A stretch of DNA of 64,000 bases from Planctomycetota bacterium (GTDB taxonomy: Bacteria; Planctomycetota; PLA2; JAEUHO01): positions 6,488 through 70,487 of the forward strand of contig JANQJW010000103.1 in the NCBI GenBank assembly GCA_028281445.1. The letters are read 5' to 3'. This document shows, piece after piece, positions 53,095-62,541 of the stretch (within the stretch, counting starts at the first letter, position 1; each line of letters opens with the position of its first letter). The notes beneath the pieces are model-generated. The model was given only the letters and a program-made list of their open reading frames with translations, was not told the DNA's origin and did no database searches. A program made the translations under genes and the position numbers.

Positions 53095-53244
53095 ATGGCG
53101 CACGAGGACACGCAGGCCTGCTCCGCTCAAGCGACCTGCAACTGGTGCAACGCCCCGCTCGAGTCCGTCGAGGTCCACGGACACGTGCAGTGCGCGGCCT
53201 GCGGCATCAACATCGACCCCTGCTGCGGCGGCGAACAGGCGTGA
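53095..53244 (+). CDS. possible small Cys-rich zinc-ribbon-like protein (49 aa)
   Basis: MAHEDTQACSAQATCNWCNAPLESVEVHGHVQCAACGINIDPCCGGEQA has CxxC...CxxC. Its stop overlaps the GTG start of the racemase gene. No clear Shine-Dalgarno. Could be a chance ORF. Confidence 0.3.
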   Translation: MAHEDTQACSAQATCNWCNAPLESVEVHGHVQCAACGINIDPCCGGEQA

Positions 53245-53933
53245 AGCTGATCGGGATCCTGGGGGGCATCAGCCCGTTCTCGACGTCGTACTACTACGAG
53301 GTCCTGAACGACCTCACCCGAGCCCGCCTAGGCGGGCGCCACTCCGCGCGCTGCCTGATTCACGCGGTCGACTTCGCCGGCGTCGAGGCGATGCACGTGG
53401 CCCGCGACTGGCCGGGGGTCACGAAGGAGCTGCTGGTCGCCGCCCGCTCGCTCGAGGCCGGCGGCGCCGACTGCTTGATCCTGGCCTGCAATACGATGCA
53501 CAACGTCGCGGATGCCGTCGCCGACGCGGTGTCCATCCCCTTCCTGCACATCGGGGATGCCGTAGCAGACGCGGTCCAGACGGCGGGCCTGGGACGCGTC
53601 GGACTTCTGGGAACGCGCTTCACCATGGAGGCGCCGTTCGTACGCGAGCGCATCGAGGTGCGCGGCATCGAGGTCGCGACGCCCGACAAGCCGGGCCGCG
53701 ACGATGTCCATCGCATCATCTACGACGAGCTCTGCGCGGGGATCATCCGCGACGAGTCGCGCGAGCGCTTCCTGCGCGAAGTGGACACCCTTCGGGCGCA
53801 GCAGGGAATCGAGGGCATCGTGCTCGGCTGCACCGAGATCGGGCTGCTGCTCGACTCGGAAGCCCTGCCCCTGCCCGGGTTCGACACCTCCCGAAGTCAC
53901 GCGGAGGCGGCGATTCGCTTCGCGCTCGACTGA
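53241..53933 (+). CDS. Asp/Glu/hydantoin racemase family protein (aspartate racemase-like)
   Basis: GTG start 53241 (VKLIGILGGISPFSTSYYYEVL). Conserved ...ADCLILACNTMH... and ...GIVLGCTEIGLL... cysteine pairs are present. The track ORF 53145 includes about 32 spurious upstream codons. Confidence 0.8.
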   Translation: MKLIGILGGISPFSTSYYYEVLNDLTRARLGGRHSARCLIHAVDFAGVEAMHVARDWPGVTKELLVAARSLEAGGADCLILACNTMHNVADAVADAVSIPFLHIGDAVADAVQTAGLGRVGLLGTRFTMEAPFVRERIEVRGIEVATPDKPGRDDVHRIIYDELCAGIIRDESRERFLREVDTLRAQQGIEGIVLGCTEIGLLLDSEALPLPGFDTSRSHAEAAIRFALD

Positions 53934-54028
53934 CGGTCCACGTTCTTCGGTTTTCCCCTGCGGGGTCCCCGCGGGAACCGTGTTCTCCATCCAAACGGCC
54001 CGAAATCCGGGCCCCAGGGAGAACGACG

Positions 54029-55918
54029 ATGACCCAGCTCCGTGTCCTCATGATGCTTGCCGCGCTCGCGCTGGCCGCCGGTTGCGGCGGCGGTGGCGAG
54101 GGCTTGTTCCAAACCCAGCCCGGCGAGGTCGAGGCGCCCGACGCGCCAAAGATCCTCGAGACGAACCCCGCACGCGACGAGCGCGTCAATGCGTTCGACC
54201 GCACGATCCTCGTGTCGTACGACCGCGCGCTGGACCCCGCTTCGATCCGGGTCAACGCAGTTCGCGTGGTCTCCCCCATCGGCGAGGTCCTCGGCCAGCT
54301 CACGCACGACGCCGAGAAGTTCGTCCTGCGATACGAGCTCGCGAGCGAGATGTTCCGCGACACGCCCTACGAGATCGTCGTGGCCGCAGGCCTCGAAGCG
54401 TTCGGCGGCGGCGGACCGACGATCGAGCAGCGCATCCCCTTCGAGACGCTGCCCGCCGTCAATCAGCCGGCCTCGATCATCGAGGACTCGGGCAACAGCC
54501 TGCCCCTGGCGCTCGAGATCACCGAGAGCGGCTTCGGCCTGTTCCTGCGCAAGGAAGACGGCCCCGCCAACAGCGAGGAGCTCAAGGCCTTCGTGTTCGA
54601 TCCCGACAGCGGATTCGAGCTGCTGCAGACCGCCGACGCCGGCGACGACCTGCACGTCGATATCGAGCGCGGTGTGCGCGTCGCGGCAGGCCGCAACGCG
54701 GTGATGACCTGGCAGGTGACGAAGCAGGCCGGTACCCAGATCTTCGCGCGACGGTTCAACCCGGACCTGTTCACCTGGACGGACGCGGAGCCCCTGCAGG
54801 TCTTCAACCAAGGCCCCCCGTCGGTTCCGCAGGCCGCCGTCTCGCCCAACGGCGACGCCATCGCGGTCTGGACCCAGGAGGAGGGCACGTTCAACAAGCC
54901 CTTCGCGCGCATGCGCCTCTTCGACGTGCGCAACGGCCGCTGGGGTGGTGATTTCCCCGTGGGTGCCGGCAACGTGCCCAACCCGAGCGTCGGCGTCGGC
55001 ATGGGCAACAGCGGCGACACGACGATCGTGTACGTGGAGGACGAAGAGAACGACAACGAGCTGCCCGAGATCCTGGCCCGCAGGCGTACGCCGGAGACTG
55101 GGTTCCAGGTCGTCGAGGTGGTCCGCGTCGCCGACGCCGAAGAGTTCGAGATCGACGCGGTCGTCTACGCCTCGAACGGCATCGTCCACGCCGTCTGGCG
55201 CGAGATCGTGAGCGCGGTGCGCAGCACCACGCTCTATCACGCCCGCTTCGTCCCCGCCTCGCTCGGCGGCCCGGCGTGGAGCGAAGCGCAGCCGGTCGAG
55301 ACGGTGCTCGGCAACATCGGCAGCGTGCGTGCAGCCGCCGCGGACGACGGCTCGCTGGCCATCGCCTGGGTCGTGAAGCCCGACGCGGAGACGTCGCACG
55401 TCCGCATGGCGCATGTCGCGGCGGGCGGCAAGGTCGGCCTGCCGCAGGACGGCCAGGCGAACGAAGCGCAGGTCGAGGGCAACATCCGGATGGACGCGCA
55501 GCGCGACGGCACCGTGGCGCTGGCGTGGCTCGGCAAGCGGGACGGCGCCGTCGCCGACCAGTACCGCACGGCACTCTACTCGCCGAGCAGCGGTCAATGG
55601 ACGCGCGGCGCGGTCGGTCCGCAGCGCACGATCGGAAGCCCCCGCATCGACGTGGCGCTGCGTCCGGACGGCACGGCCGAGGTGCGGTGGGTCGAACCCA
55701 ACAACAACGACCGCGCCTCGGGCAACGACGTCATCCAGGCGATCCGGCTGGTGCACGGCGCACCGGCCGTCAACTTCCGGCCGGTCCCGCTCGCAGCGAG
55801 CGGCAAGTCGGACGTGCTGATCGATCTCGACGCGCTTGGCCGCGGCATCCTGGCCTGGCTCCACCACGTACCGGAGAACGCGTTCGAGCGTCACTCGGCG
55901 CGCACGAACCTACGGTAG
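54029..55918 (+). CDS. lipoprotein with an N-terminal Big_5/SbsA-type Ig-like domain and a C-terminal repeat (beta-propeller-like) region
   Basis: The track ORF 52820..55918 is trimmed to MTQLRVLMMLAALALAAGCGGGGEG (lipobox; ATG 54029). The Ig-like N-domain is PKILETNPARDERVNAFDRTILVSYDRALDPASIRVNAVRVV. The long antisense ORF 53897..55894 is a shadow. Confidence 0.65.
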   Translation: MTQLRVLMMLAALALAAGCGGGGEGLFQTQPGEVEAPDAPKILETNPARDERVNAFDRTILVSYDRALDPASIRVNAVRVVSPIGEVLGQLTHDAEKFVLRYELASEMFRDTPYEIVVAAGLEAFGGGGPTIEQRIPFETLPAVNQPASIIEDSGNSLPLALEITESGFGLFLRKEDGPANSEELKAFVFDPDSGFELLQTADAGDDLHVDIERGVRVAAGRNAVMTWQVTKQAGTQIFARRFNPDLFTWTDAEPLQVFNQGPPSVPQAAVSPNGDAIAVWTQEEGTFNKPFARMRLFDVRNGRWGGDFPVGAGNVPNPSVGVGMGNSGDTTIVYVEDEENDNELPEILARRRTPETGFQVVEVVRVADAEEFEIDAVVYASNGIVHAVWREIVSAVRSTTLYHARFVPASLGGPAWSEAQPVETVLGNIGSVRAAAADDGSLAIAWVVKPDAETSHVRMAHVAAGGKVGLPQDGQANEAQVEGNIRMDAQRDGTVALAWLGKRDGAVADQYRTALYSPSSGQWTRGAVGPQRTIGSPRIDVALRPDGTAEVRWVEPNNNDRASGNDVIQAIRLVHGAPAVNFRPVPLAASGKSDVLIDLDALGRGILAWLHHVPENAFERHSARTNLR

Positions 55919-55931
55919 CGGGTTCGTTCCC

Positions 55932-56516
55932 TCAGGGACCCGCTTCGCCGTCGGCGAGGCGGGTCCCGATCCATGTTTTGGCCTCGCGCCAGTCCTGCTC
56001 GACGGTGCGCAGGGACACGCCCACGACCTCGGCGACCTTCTCGTTGGACAGGCCCCCGAACAGGCGCAGCTCGGCGACCTTTGCCTGTCGCGGGTCTCGC
56101 TCCTCGAGCTGCTTGATGGCTTCATGCATGGCAAGGATGTCGAGGGACGGGGCCATGCTCGCGCCGCTGGGCTGCGTCATGGCAAGCGACTCGCGCTTGC
56201 GTCCCCCGCCGCGTTTCGCGGCCTTGCGATCGCGTGCGTGATTCACCAGCACCTGGCGCATCGCGCGCGCGGCGATCGCGAGGAAGTGCGTCGTGTCCTG
56301 ACCGAGCTCGACGCCCGGCTTGTTCATGCGCATCCATGCCTCATGAACGAGCACCGTCGGCTGCAGCGTGTGGGCGGCCATCTGATCGCGGAACACCTTG
56401 TGCGCGATCGCCCGAAGCTCGTCGTAGGCATGGTCAAAGATCTGTGCGGCAGCCGCGTCGTCGCCGCCGCGCGCTGCGGCCAGCAAGGCATCGAGGTCCG
56501 GGCCGTCCGCGCTCAT
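55932..56516 (-). CDS. ECF-type RNA polymerase sigma factor (paralog of 5161..5724)
   Basis: The region 2 motif VLVHEAWMRM and region 4 VAELRLFGGLSNEKVAEVVGVSLRTVEQDWREAKTWI are nearly colinear with the 5161..5724 protein. Confidence 0.85.
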   Translation of the reverse strand: MSADGPDLDALLAAARGGDDAAAAQIFDHAYDELRAIAHKVFRDQMAAHTLQPTVLVHEAWMRMNKPGVELGQDTTHFLAIAARAMRQVLVNHARDRKAAKRGGGRKRESLAMTQPSGASMAPSLDILAMHEAIKQLEERDPRQAKVAELRLFGGLSNEKVAEVVGVSLRTVEQDWREAKTWIGTRLADGEAGP

Positions 56517-56539
56517 GACCCCAGTCTACGGCGCGATGC

Positions 56540-57211
56540 TCAGGTGACGTCGAGCCAGCGGCAACCCTTCACCGTCGCGCGGAAGTAGGTGAAGCGCCCA
56601 TCCGGCAGCACCCACGAGACCTCGGCCCGCCGCGGCATGCGTACGCCGTCGAAGTCGACGTAGTCCGCGAAGAACCCCTCCCACGGAACGGCCTCGCCCT
56701 CTTCGCGCTCCCGCGTCGTCGAGTAGGCGCTCACCACGTCGCCACCCGCGTCGAGGCGGAGATCGACGTAGGTCTGCGGCTCGCCGAACCACACGCAGGT
56801 TGCTCCGCCCTCGCCCTCGCCGAAGCGCAGCTCGCGATTGCGGAGGATCGCCATCGGGTTCCACGGGAGCTCGGCCAGGTAGCGCTGGGCCTCGCCACGG
56901 TCGAAGGACGGACCGCTGCCGTGGGCGACCGGCAGAACGCCCCAGACCTTGGCGGTGAGGCGCCCCTGCCCCGCTTCGAAGGCGTCCTCGACGACCACCG
57001 TCACGAGTGGGGCCATCTTCATGCGCGCGTGCCAGCAGAACTGCACCTTGTGGACGGAGGACCACTGCTCGGCGGTGAACGGGACCCAGGGCTTGTCCGG
57101 GCCCAGCCGGAACTCCCCCTCCTGCTCGATCATGAAGCGGTACGTGGCCCCGGGCGGTTCGGGGACGCTGCGCTCGGCGAAGGCTCGGAGACGGTCGGCA
57201 GCACCGGTCAT
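56540..57211 (-). CDS. hypothetical protein (223 aa), immediately upstream of and co-oriented with the ECF sigma gene
   Basis: The track ORF 56540..59095 is trimmed to MTGAADRLRAFAERSVPEPPGATYRFMIEQEG (CAT 57209-57211). High GC3. The upstream 630 codons of the track ORF are antisense to 57338..59065. Confidence 0.6.
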   Translation of the reverse strand: MTGAADRLRAFAERSVPEPPGATYRFMIEQEGEFRLGPDKPWVPFTAEQWSSVHKVQFCWHARMKMAPLVTVVVEDAFEAGQGRLTAKVWGVLPVAHGSGPSFDRGEAQRYLAELPWNPMAILRNRELRFGEGEGGATCVWFGEPQTYVDLRLDAGGDVVSAYSTTREREEGEAVPWEGFFADYVDFDGVRMPRRAEVSWVLPDGRFTYFRATVKGCRWLDVT

Positions 57212-57337
57212 GGCCCGGCATCTATACACGTCCGGCCGCGGCGTTACCACCGAGCCACGCGAATCGGAGTCTCGAAACGCACTACACGAGCCGGCGAGGG
57301 TTCCGCGGTGCGGAACAGGCGTTGCGCATCGTCCGGC

Positions 57338-59065
57338 ATGCTGGTTCGGGCGGGCCTCCTCATCCTCCTTGCGTGCGCGGCGGTGTTGCCGCGCGACGTG
57401 CCCATGCAGTGTGACCTCCTCGATACGGATGCCGCCCCGGAACCGGCGCCGTCCGTCGAGGGCCCCACGCTGGCTGTGCGCAAGCACCGCGCTGCGCAGC
57501 GCACGGCAGAGGACGAAACCAAGCCTGGTGACAAAGTCGCGCGGGCAGTCGACGGCACGGTCGAGGACAAGACGCCGCCGCCGCCGCCTCTGTGGGTGTA
57601 CGGGAGCGTGCGCGACGAAGCCGGGCGTCCGGTCGCTGAAGCGGCCGTGACCGTCCTCTTCTTCAGGCGCCGCATGACGCGGGAGCGGCGGCTGTGGGAC
57701 CGCAAGGCGACGACCGATGCACACGGTGCCTTTCGTGTGAACAGCCCACCCGACGCGAATATTGCGCGGTGCCTGGTCCGCAATCAGGACTGGTGGGTCG
57801 CGCCTCCGGTCGTGGAGGCACGTCGCGGAAGCACCGTGCTCGTGCACGAGCTGGGCAGCAGCCGGATGGCCTACGACGAGGACGGCAGGCCCGCGGTCGG
57901 CGAGATCGTGAGCGACCGCTGGCCCGAGCTGAACCTGCGTGTACAGAGCGCGGTCACGCTGCGCGGCTGGGCGTATCACGGCCGCAGCACGTGGAGCGGG
58001 ACGGTCGAAGCCCATTGGCGCCACGGCCTGCTGGGAACCCGCAAGACGAAGGCCAAGGTCGGTGTCACCGGCCGCTTCAAGCTGCGCGTCCCACGCGACG
58101 CATGCGAACTGCGCGTCGGCGTGCCGGCCGTCTGCACCCGCTACCTTCGCTTTCCGTGCGGACACAAGCGCGGGCGGCCGGCTCCGCGCCCGGGCATCTG
58201 GGTGCACGACGTAGATCCGCACAGCCGCATCGAGCTGCACGTGCCCCTCGCCCACAGCGTGGAGGGAGGCGTCCAGCTCCGCAACGGCACGCCCATCGAG
58301 ATCGAAGATCCGCGCCTTCCGCCGCCGCCGCCTCCCCCGCCGGGCTCTGGCCCACCGCGGAGAAGACCGATTCTCACGGTCTGGCGCATGGCCGACGATG
58401 GCGTCGAAACGAGAACGGCCATCACGACCCGAGCGAACGGGCGGTTCACCATCGACGGACTTGCGGCAGGCCGCTACCTCCTTCGCGTCGAGGGCGACGG
58501 CGTCGTAGGACGCACGGTCATCGACGTGCCGCAGCAACGGGTGACGATCACGTGCGCGCCGCCGTTCGCTCTCAGCGGCCGCGTCGACGGCGAGCACACC
58601 GATGGGTTCTTCGTCTCGTGGTTCGAGCCGGGCATGCCGCAGCGCTCCAGCCAGTGCACGGCGAAAGTCGGAACGGACGGCCGCTTCACCTTGAAGCACA
58701 TGCACGGCGGCGGCGTAGGGACGCTGCACGCCTGGCGCCCGGGAGACACGCGCTACGGCGTCCTCGAGCACGTCGACTTCTCCATGGGGCCCGTGCGCCT
58801 GCGGTTGAGAGAAGGCCGGTCGATCACGGGCCGGATCGAGGGCCTCGGCCCGTGGGCGAGGGACGTGATCGTCATCGCGCGCGCGGGGCCCATCGGCGCG
58901 TTCGACCACGTGGACAGCGACGGTGGCTTCGCGCTTGTCGGCCTTCCGGAAGGGCGCTTCGACCTCGAAGTCGAAGCACGCACGGGCGCGCGCGAGACCC
59001 GCGTCGTGGCCAGCCGCCGTGGCGTCGACGCGGGCGACCGGATCGTGCTGCACGTCGAACCGTGA
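57338..59065 (+). CDS. secreted protein with CarbopepD_reg-like beta-sandwich repeats
   Basis: The track ORF 56921..59065 is trimmed to MLVRAGLLILLACAAVLP (signal/anchor; ATG 57338). Repeats include VYGSVRDEAGRPVAEAAVTV...TDAHGAFRV, ...ANGRFTIDGLAAGRYLLRVEGD... and ...GTDGRFTL.... A P-rich linker PPPPPPPPGSGPP is present. Confidence 0.65.
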   Translation: MLVRAGLLILLACAAVLPRDVPMQCDLLDTDAAPEPAPSVEGPTLAVRKHRAAQRTAEDETKPGDKVARAVDGTVEDKTPPPPPLWVYGSVRDEAGRPVAEAAVTVLFFRRRMTRERRLWDRKATTDAHGAFRVNSPPDANIARCLVRNQDWWVAPPVVEARRGSTVLVHELGSSRMAYDEDGRPAVGEIVSDRWPELNLRVQSAVTLRGWAYHGRSTWSGTVEAHWRHGLLGTRKTKAKVGVTGRFKLRVPRDACELRVGVPAVCTRYLRFPCGHKRGRPAPRPGIWVHDVDPHSRIELHVPLAHSVEGGVQLRNGTPIEIEDPRLPPPPPPPPGSGPPRRRPILTVWRMADDGVETRTAITTRANGRFTIDGLAAGRYLLRVEGDGVVGRTVIDVPQQRVTITCAPPFALSGRVDGEHTDGFFVSWFEPGMPQRSSQCTAKVGTDGRFTLKHMHGGGVGTLHAWRPGDTRYGVLEHVDFSMGPVRLRLREGRSITGRIEGLGPWARDVIVIARAGPIGAFDHVDSDGGFALVGLPEGRFDLEVEARTGARETRVVASRRGVDAGDRIVLHVEP

Positions 59066-59078
59066 GTATGCTCGCGCC

Positions 59079-59543
59079 ATGAGCGATCGACCCAACGACT
59101 ATGTGTACGGCGGCACGCGTGCCCTCGTCGAACTCCACGATCGGCACCTGCGGGGCTTCGTGGCTGCCTGGAAGGACGCCGCGGCCCAAGGGGTCGCGCT
59201 GCCGTCCACGGACGACCCCACCTGCGCATCGTTGGATGCGCTGCTGCATCACGTGCTGCGTGCGGCGCGCGGCTACATGGTGTGGATGTGCGGGCACCTC
59301 GGGTTCGACGACCCCCGCATTCGGGAGGTCCCCGACGACGTCACGGCCTCGCTGGACGAGTACGTGGAGCACCTGCTCGAGCGCTGGGACGGGCCGCTGG
59401 TGGCGCTGGACGAGAAAACGGCCGATCGCGCGGTGTTCGACTCGTCGTGGGGTGTGCCCTACTGCATCGACGCCATGCTCGAGCACGCCGTCATGCATCC
59501 GATCCGCCACACCTACCAGCTCGCGCGAGCGGCTGCCCGCTAG
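59079..59543 (+). CDS. DinB/YfiT-like metal-dependent four-helix-bundle protein
   Basis: MSDRPNDYVYGGTRALVELHDRHLRGF...LLHHVLRAARGYMVWM...MLEHAVMHPIRHTYQL has the conserved His triad spacing of DinB_2. Confidence 0.55.
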   Translation: MSDRPNDYVYGGTRALVELHDRHLRGFVAAWKDAAAQGVALPSTDDPTCASLDALLHHVLRAARGYMVWMCGHLGFDDPRIREVPDDVTASLDEYVEHLLERWDGPLVALDEKTADRAVFDSSWGVPYCIDAMLEHAVMHPIRHTYQLARAAAR

Positions 59544-59995
59544 TCGATGTCGCCGAGAAGCGTCTTCCCCGCGTTGTTGATGCAGGCGAAGTGCACGGTC
59601 TTGGTGCCGAACTTCACCTTCCAGACCAGCCACTCGCCCTCGCTCTTCTTCTCGGCGTGGAACTTCTCGAAGACCGGCCCCCCCATGTCGGCGTAGCCCG
59701 CGACTTCCTTGCAGACGCGATCGACGTAGCGCTTTTCGTCCTCGTTCGCGTAGTTGGAGGAGTCCGTCCAGCGGCGCTTCTTGTCTTCCCGGCCCCGGTA
59801 GGCAATCAGGCCCGCTGCCGCCTTGTTGTCGCCCGCCTTCGCCAGCCTGAGGAGCCTGGTGACGACGGCCTTGGCGACGTCCTCCTTGCTGCCGGTCATC
59901 GCGGTCACATCCGTGCCGCCCCCGCTCGGATCGTCTTCGCCGCCCCCGCACGCTGCGACGGCGAACACCAGGAACAAGCAGGCCAGGCTACGCAT
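59540..59995 (-). CDS. small lipoprotein, hypothetical
   Basis: The ORF is trimmed to MRSLACLFLVFAVAACGGGEDD (lipobox; CAT 59993-59995). It is Lys-rich and convergent with the DinB-like gene, with overlapping stop regions. Confidence 0.6.
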   Translation of the reverse strand: MRSLACLFLVFAVAACGGGEDDPSGGGTDVTAMTGSKEDVAKAVVTRLLRLAKAGDNKAAAGLIAYRGREDKKRRWTDSSNYANEDEKRYVDRVCKEVAGYADMGGPVFEKFHAEKKSEGEWLVWKVKFGTKTVHFACINNAGKTLLGDID

Positions 59996-60152
59996 CAGGC
60001 ACGTCCTCAGGGGACGGAGTGTACTGGATCCAGGCCCGAGAAGTGGGCCTCCCGGGGGATGGCGAAGAGGGTGTTGAGCCCTCTGGAAGACCCCGTTCCG
60101 GGCGGCTGGGCAAGCGGTACACTTGGGCTGATCTCCAACGAGGAATCCACTC

Positions 60153-60872
60153 ATGAACAACCCCTTCCAGCAGAGCTACCCCGCGCACGAAGGCGGTGCC
60201 TTCGGCGTGGCCGAGGCTTCGCGCGCGACCTTCCTCCAGCGCACCTACGCCCACCTCTTCGGCGCCATCGTCGCGCTCGTCCTGATCGAGGTCGTGCTCT
60301 TCAAGACCGGCGTGGCCTGGGATCTTGCGGGCTTCCTCTTCCGCGGCGGCCTGATGAGCGGGCTGCTCTGGTTCGGTGGCTTCATGTTCGCCTCGTTCAT
60401 CGCCACACGCTTCGCGTACCAGACGGAGTCCAAGGGCAAGCAGTACTTCGGGCTCGCGCTCTATACGGTCGCAATCGCGATCCTCTTCAGCCCCGTGCTC
60501 GTCATCGCCAACGAGTATGCCCCGGGTGTCATCGAGACTTCGGCGGTGGTCACGCTGGCGGGCTTCAGCGCGTTGACGGCCATCGTGTTCATCACGCGCA
60601 AGGACTTCTCGTTCATGCGCGGCGTGCTCATGTGGGCCACGTTCGCAGCCGTCGGCTTCATCGTCATGGGGCTCATCTTCGGCTTCGACGGCGGGGTCGT
60701 CTTTCCGGCGCTCATGATCGCGCTCTTCGGCGGCTGGATCCTGCACGACACGTCGGAGATCCTGCTCAAGTACCCCGAAGACCGCTACGTCGGCGCGGCG
60801 CTCACGCTCTTCGCCTCGATCGCGATGATGTTCTACTACGTCGTGATCCTGTTCCTGCGCATGCGCGAGTAG
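60153..60872 (+). CDS. Bax inhibitor-1/YccA-family membrane protein
   Basis: MNNPFQQSYP...FLQRTYAHLFGAIVAL... There are seven predicted TM helices. The C-terminal YYVVILFLRMRE is characteristic of the BI-1 family. Confidence 0.85.
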   Translation: MNNPFQQSYPAHEGGAFGVAEASRATFLQRTYAHLFGAIVALVLIEVVLFKTGVAWDLAGFLFRGGLMSGLLWFGGFMFASFIATRFAYQTESKGKQYFGLALYTVAIAILFSPVLVIANEYAPGVIETSAVVTLAGFSALTAIVFITRKDFSFMRGVLMWATFAAVGFIVMGLIFGFDGGVVFPALMIALFGGWILHDTSEILLKYPEDRYVGAALTLFASIAMMFYYVVILFLRMRE

Positions 60873-60886
60873 TCTCTCTCGCCACG

Positions 60887-61645
60887 CTACGGAACCCGCT
60901 CCCAGATCACGATCGAGCAGGCGTCGGGGAAGCTCCCGCCGTCCGCGCACAGCGTGCCCCCGACGCACTGCTTGTCGGGGCTCATGAACAGGAGCATGTC
61001 CCCCAGCTCCACCGTGGGCACGTTGTAGCGCGCCTCGTAGCGCCCGAAGACGGCTTGCGTCACGACGAGCGTCGAGCCGGCCGCCTGCTGGTAGGCCACG
61101 CTGTTGTTCACCCCGTTGAAGCCGAACGCCGGCAGCACAGACATGCCGGACGCCGCCGTACCCATCACGTCGCCGGCGTCGTTGAGGAAGAGCGACGTGC
61201 CGGCCCAGTCGTCGTTGATGTCGGCGCGCAGGTAAGACGCCGGCAGGTTGGGTGACGTGGAATCGAGCACGCACAGGAGGCGCGTGTTGTCGAGGTAGAG
61301 CAGGTGCTGCTCGGTCGGGCTCAGCAACAGGAAGCCCGCACCTCCGTTCGAAAGGGCAAAGCGGAAGACGCGCGCCGTGCCCGTGGTCTGGATCGTCCCG
61401 ACGGCGTCGACCTGCTCCCCCTCGAACACGATCCGTGTGATCTGCCCCATCGCGTCGATCCTGATGCAGATCGCCCCGATGGTGGGCCCGTCGACGTCTG
61501 CGCCGGGGCCGCACCACAGCCCTTCGAGCGCGGGTACGGCCTCGGCGGGCGGCAGCTGCGGCCCCTCGTCCCCACCGCCGCCGGTGTTGCCGGCTACGCC
61601 GCAGGCGGGCAGGAGCAGGGCCAGAACGAGGGCAATCCGTCGCAT
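60887..61645 (-). CDS. lipoprotein, hypothetical (paralog of 10158..10922)
   Basis: MRRIALVLALLLPACGVAGN lipobox. The C-terminal Cys-rich block MSPDKQCVGGTLCADGGSFPDACSIVIW is shared with 10158..10922. Confidence 0.65.
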   Translation of the reverse strand: MRRIALVLALLLPACGVAGNTGGGGDEGPQLPPAEAVPALEGLWCGPGADVDGPTIGAICIRIDAMGQITRIVFEGEQVDAVGTIQTTGTARVFRFALSNGGAGFLLLSPTEQHLLYLDNTRLLCVLDSTSPNLPASYLRADINDDWAGTSLFLNDAGDVMGTAASGMSVLPAFGFNGVNNSVAYQQAAGSTLVVTQAVFGRYEARYNVPTVELGDMLLFMSPDKQCVGGTLCADGGSFPDACSIVIWERVP

Positions 61646-61689
61646 GGCGACACATTACGCGGCTTTGACGGATGGGCTAGGCTGAGGCC

Positions 61690-62541
61690 GTGACGCGCTT
61701 CTCCCTTCGTGACCGGATCCGGACACTCGATCCCGAGCGGGATCATCAACGCATCGTGTATCTCTCCACGTGCTACGAGTTCCCCTTCGACACGACCCGG
61801 TCCCTGGAGTTCGCCCTATTCCGCTCCTACTGCGTACCGAGCATCTCGGGCTTGCTCGATCGAACCGGCGAGTTCGGCAAGCGTCCGCAACTGCGCTACG
61901 ACGACACGGACCTGATCGTGAGCGAGCTCATGGAACACGGCTACGACAGCGACCGCGGCACGCGTGCATTGCGGCGTCTCAATCGGCTCCATGGTCTCTA
62001 CGACATCGCGAACGACGACTTCCTCTACGTGCTGTCCACGTTCGTGTACGAGCCCATCCGCTGGAACGCGCGCTTTGGCTGGCGCCTGATGACCGTCCAG
62101 GAACGCGAGGCGCAGTACTGGTTCTGGCGCGCCGTGGGCGAGCGCATGAACATCCGGGACATCCCGCCTTCGTACCAGGCGTTCGAGACGTTCAACCGCG
62201 CCTACGAACGCGAGAACTATACGCAGTGCGCCACCAACCGGAAGATCGGCGACGCAACGGTCGAGCTGTTCGCGAGCTGGTTCCCAGGCGTGGTCGCGCC
62301 GCTCGTGCGCAAGAGCATCTACGCCCTGCTCGACGACCCCGTGATCGAGGCGTTCGACTTCCCGCGGCCGTCGAAGTTCATGCGTGCCCTCGTGCCCGCG
62401 TGCGTGCGCCTTCGCGGCGTCGTTGTGCGCGGCCTCCCGCCGCGCCGCCGCCCGCGCCTTCGCACCGAGACGCGCCGCAAGAGCCGCCCCGGAGGCTACG
62501 TGATCGAGGAGCTGGGACCGCCCGGCGTGGCACCCGCATGA
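61690..62541 (+). CDS. MpaB/DUF2236-family oxygenase-like protein
   Basis: RIVYLSTCYEFPFDTTRSLEFALFRSYCVPSISGLLDRTGEF...ALRRLNRLHGLYDIANDDFLYVLSTFV matches the DUF2236 (MpaB/rubber oxygenase catalytic domain) pattern. Confidence 0.7.
   Translation: MTRFSLRDRIRTLDPERDHQRIVYLSTCYEFPFDTTRSLEFALFRSYCVPSISGLLDRTGEFGKRPQLRYDDTDLIVSELMEHGYDSDRGTRALRRLNRLHGLYDIANDDFLYVLSTFVYEPIRWNARFGWRLMTVQEREAQYWFWRAVGERMNIRDIPPSYQAFETFNRAYERENYTQCATNRKIGDATVELFASWFPGVVAPLVRKSIYALLDDPVIEAFDFPRPSKFMRALVPACVRLRGVVVRGLPPRRRPRLRTETRRKSRPGGYVIEELGPPGVAPA

Noticed and set aside
52820-54028. Upstream 400 codons of track ORF 52820..55918
   Set aside because: This part overlaps the ArsR and racemase genes in other frames and is Arg/Pro-rich junk. 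The real gene begins at the lipoprotein signal at 54029.
59282-61655. ORFs 59282..61255(+) and 59988..61655(-), 555-657 aa
   Set aside because: They are shadows spanning four real short genes (the DinB-like gene, a lipoprotein, the BI-1 gene and a lipoprotein) that have clear signal/TM features in their own frames.
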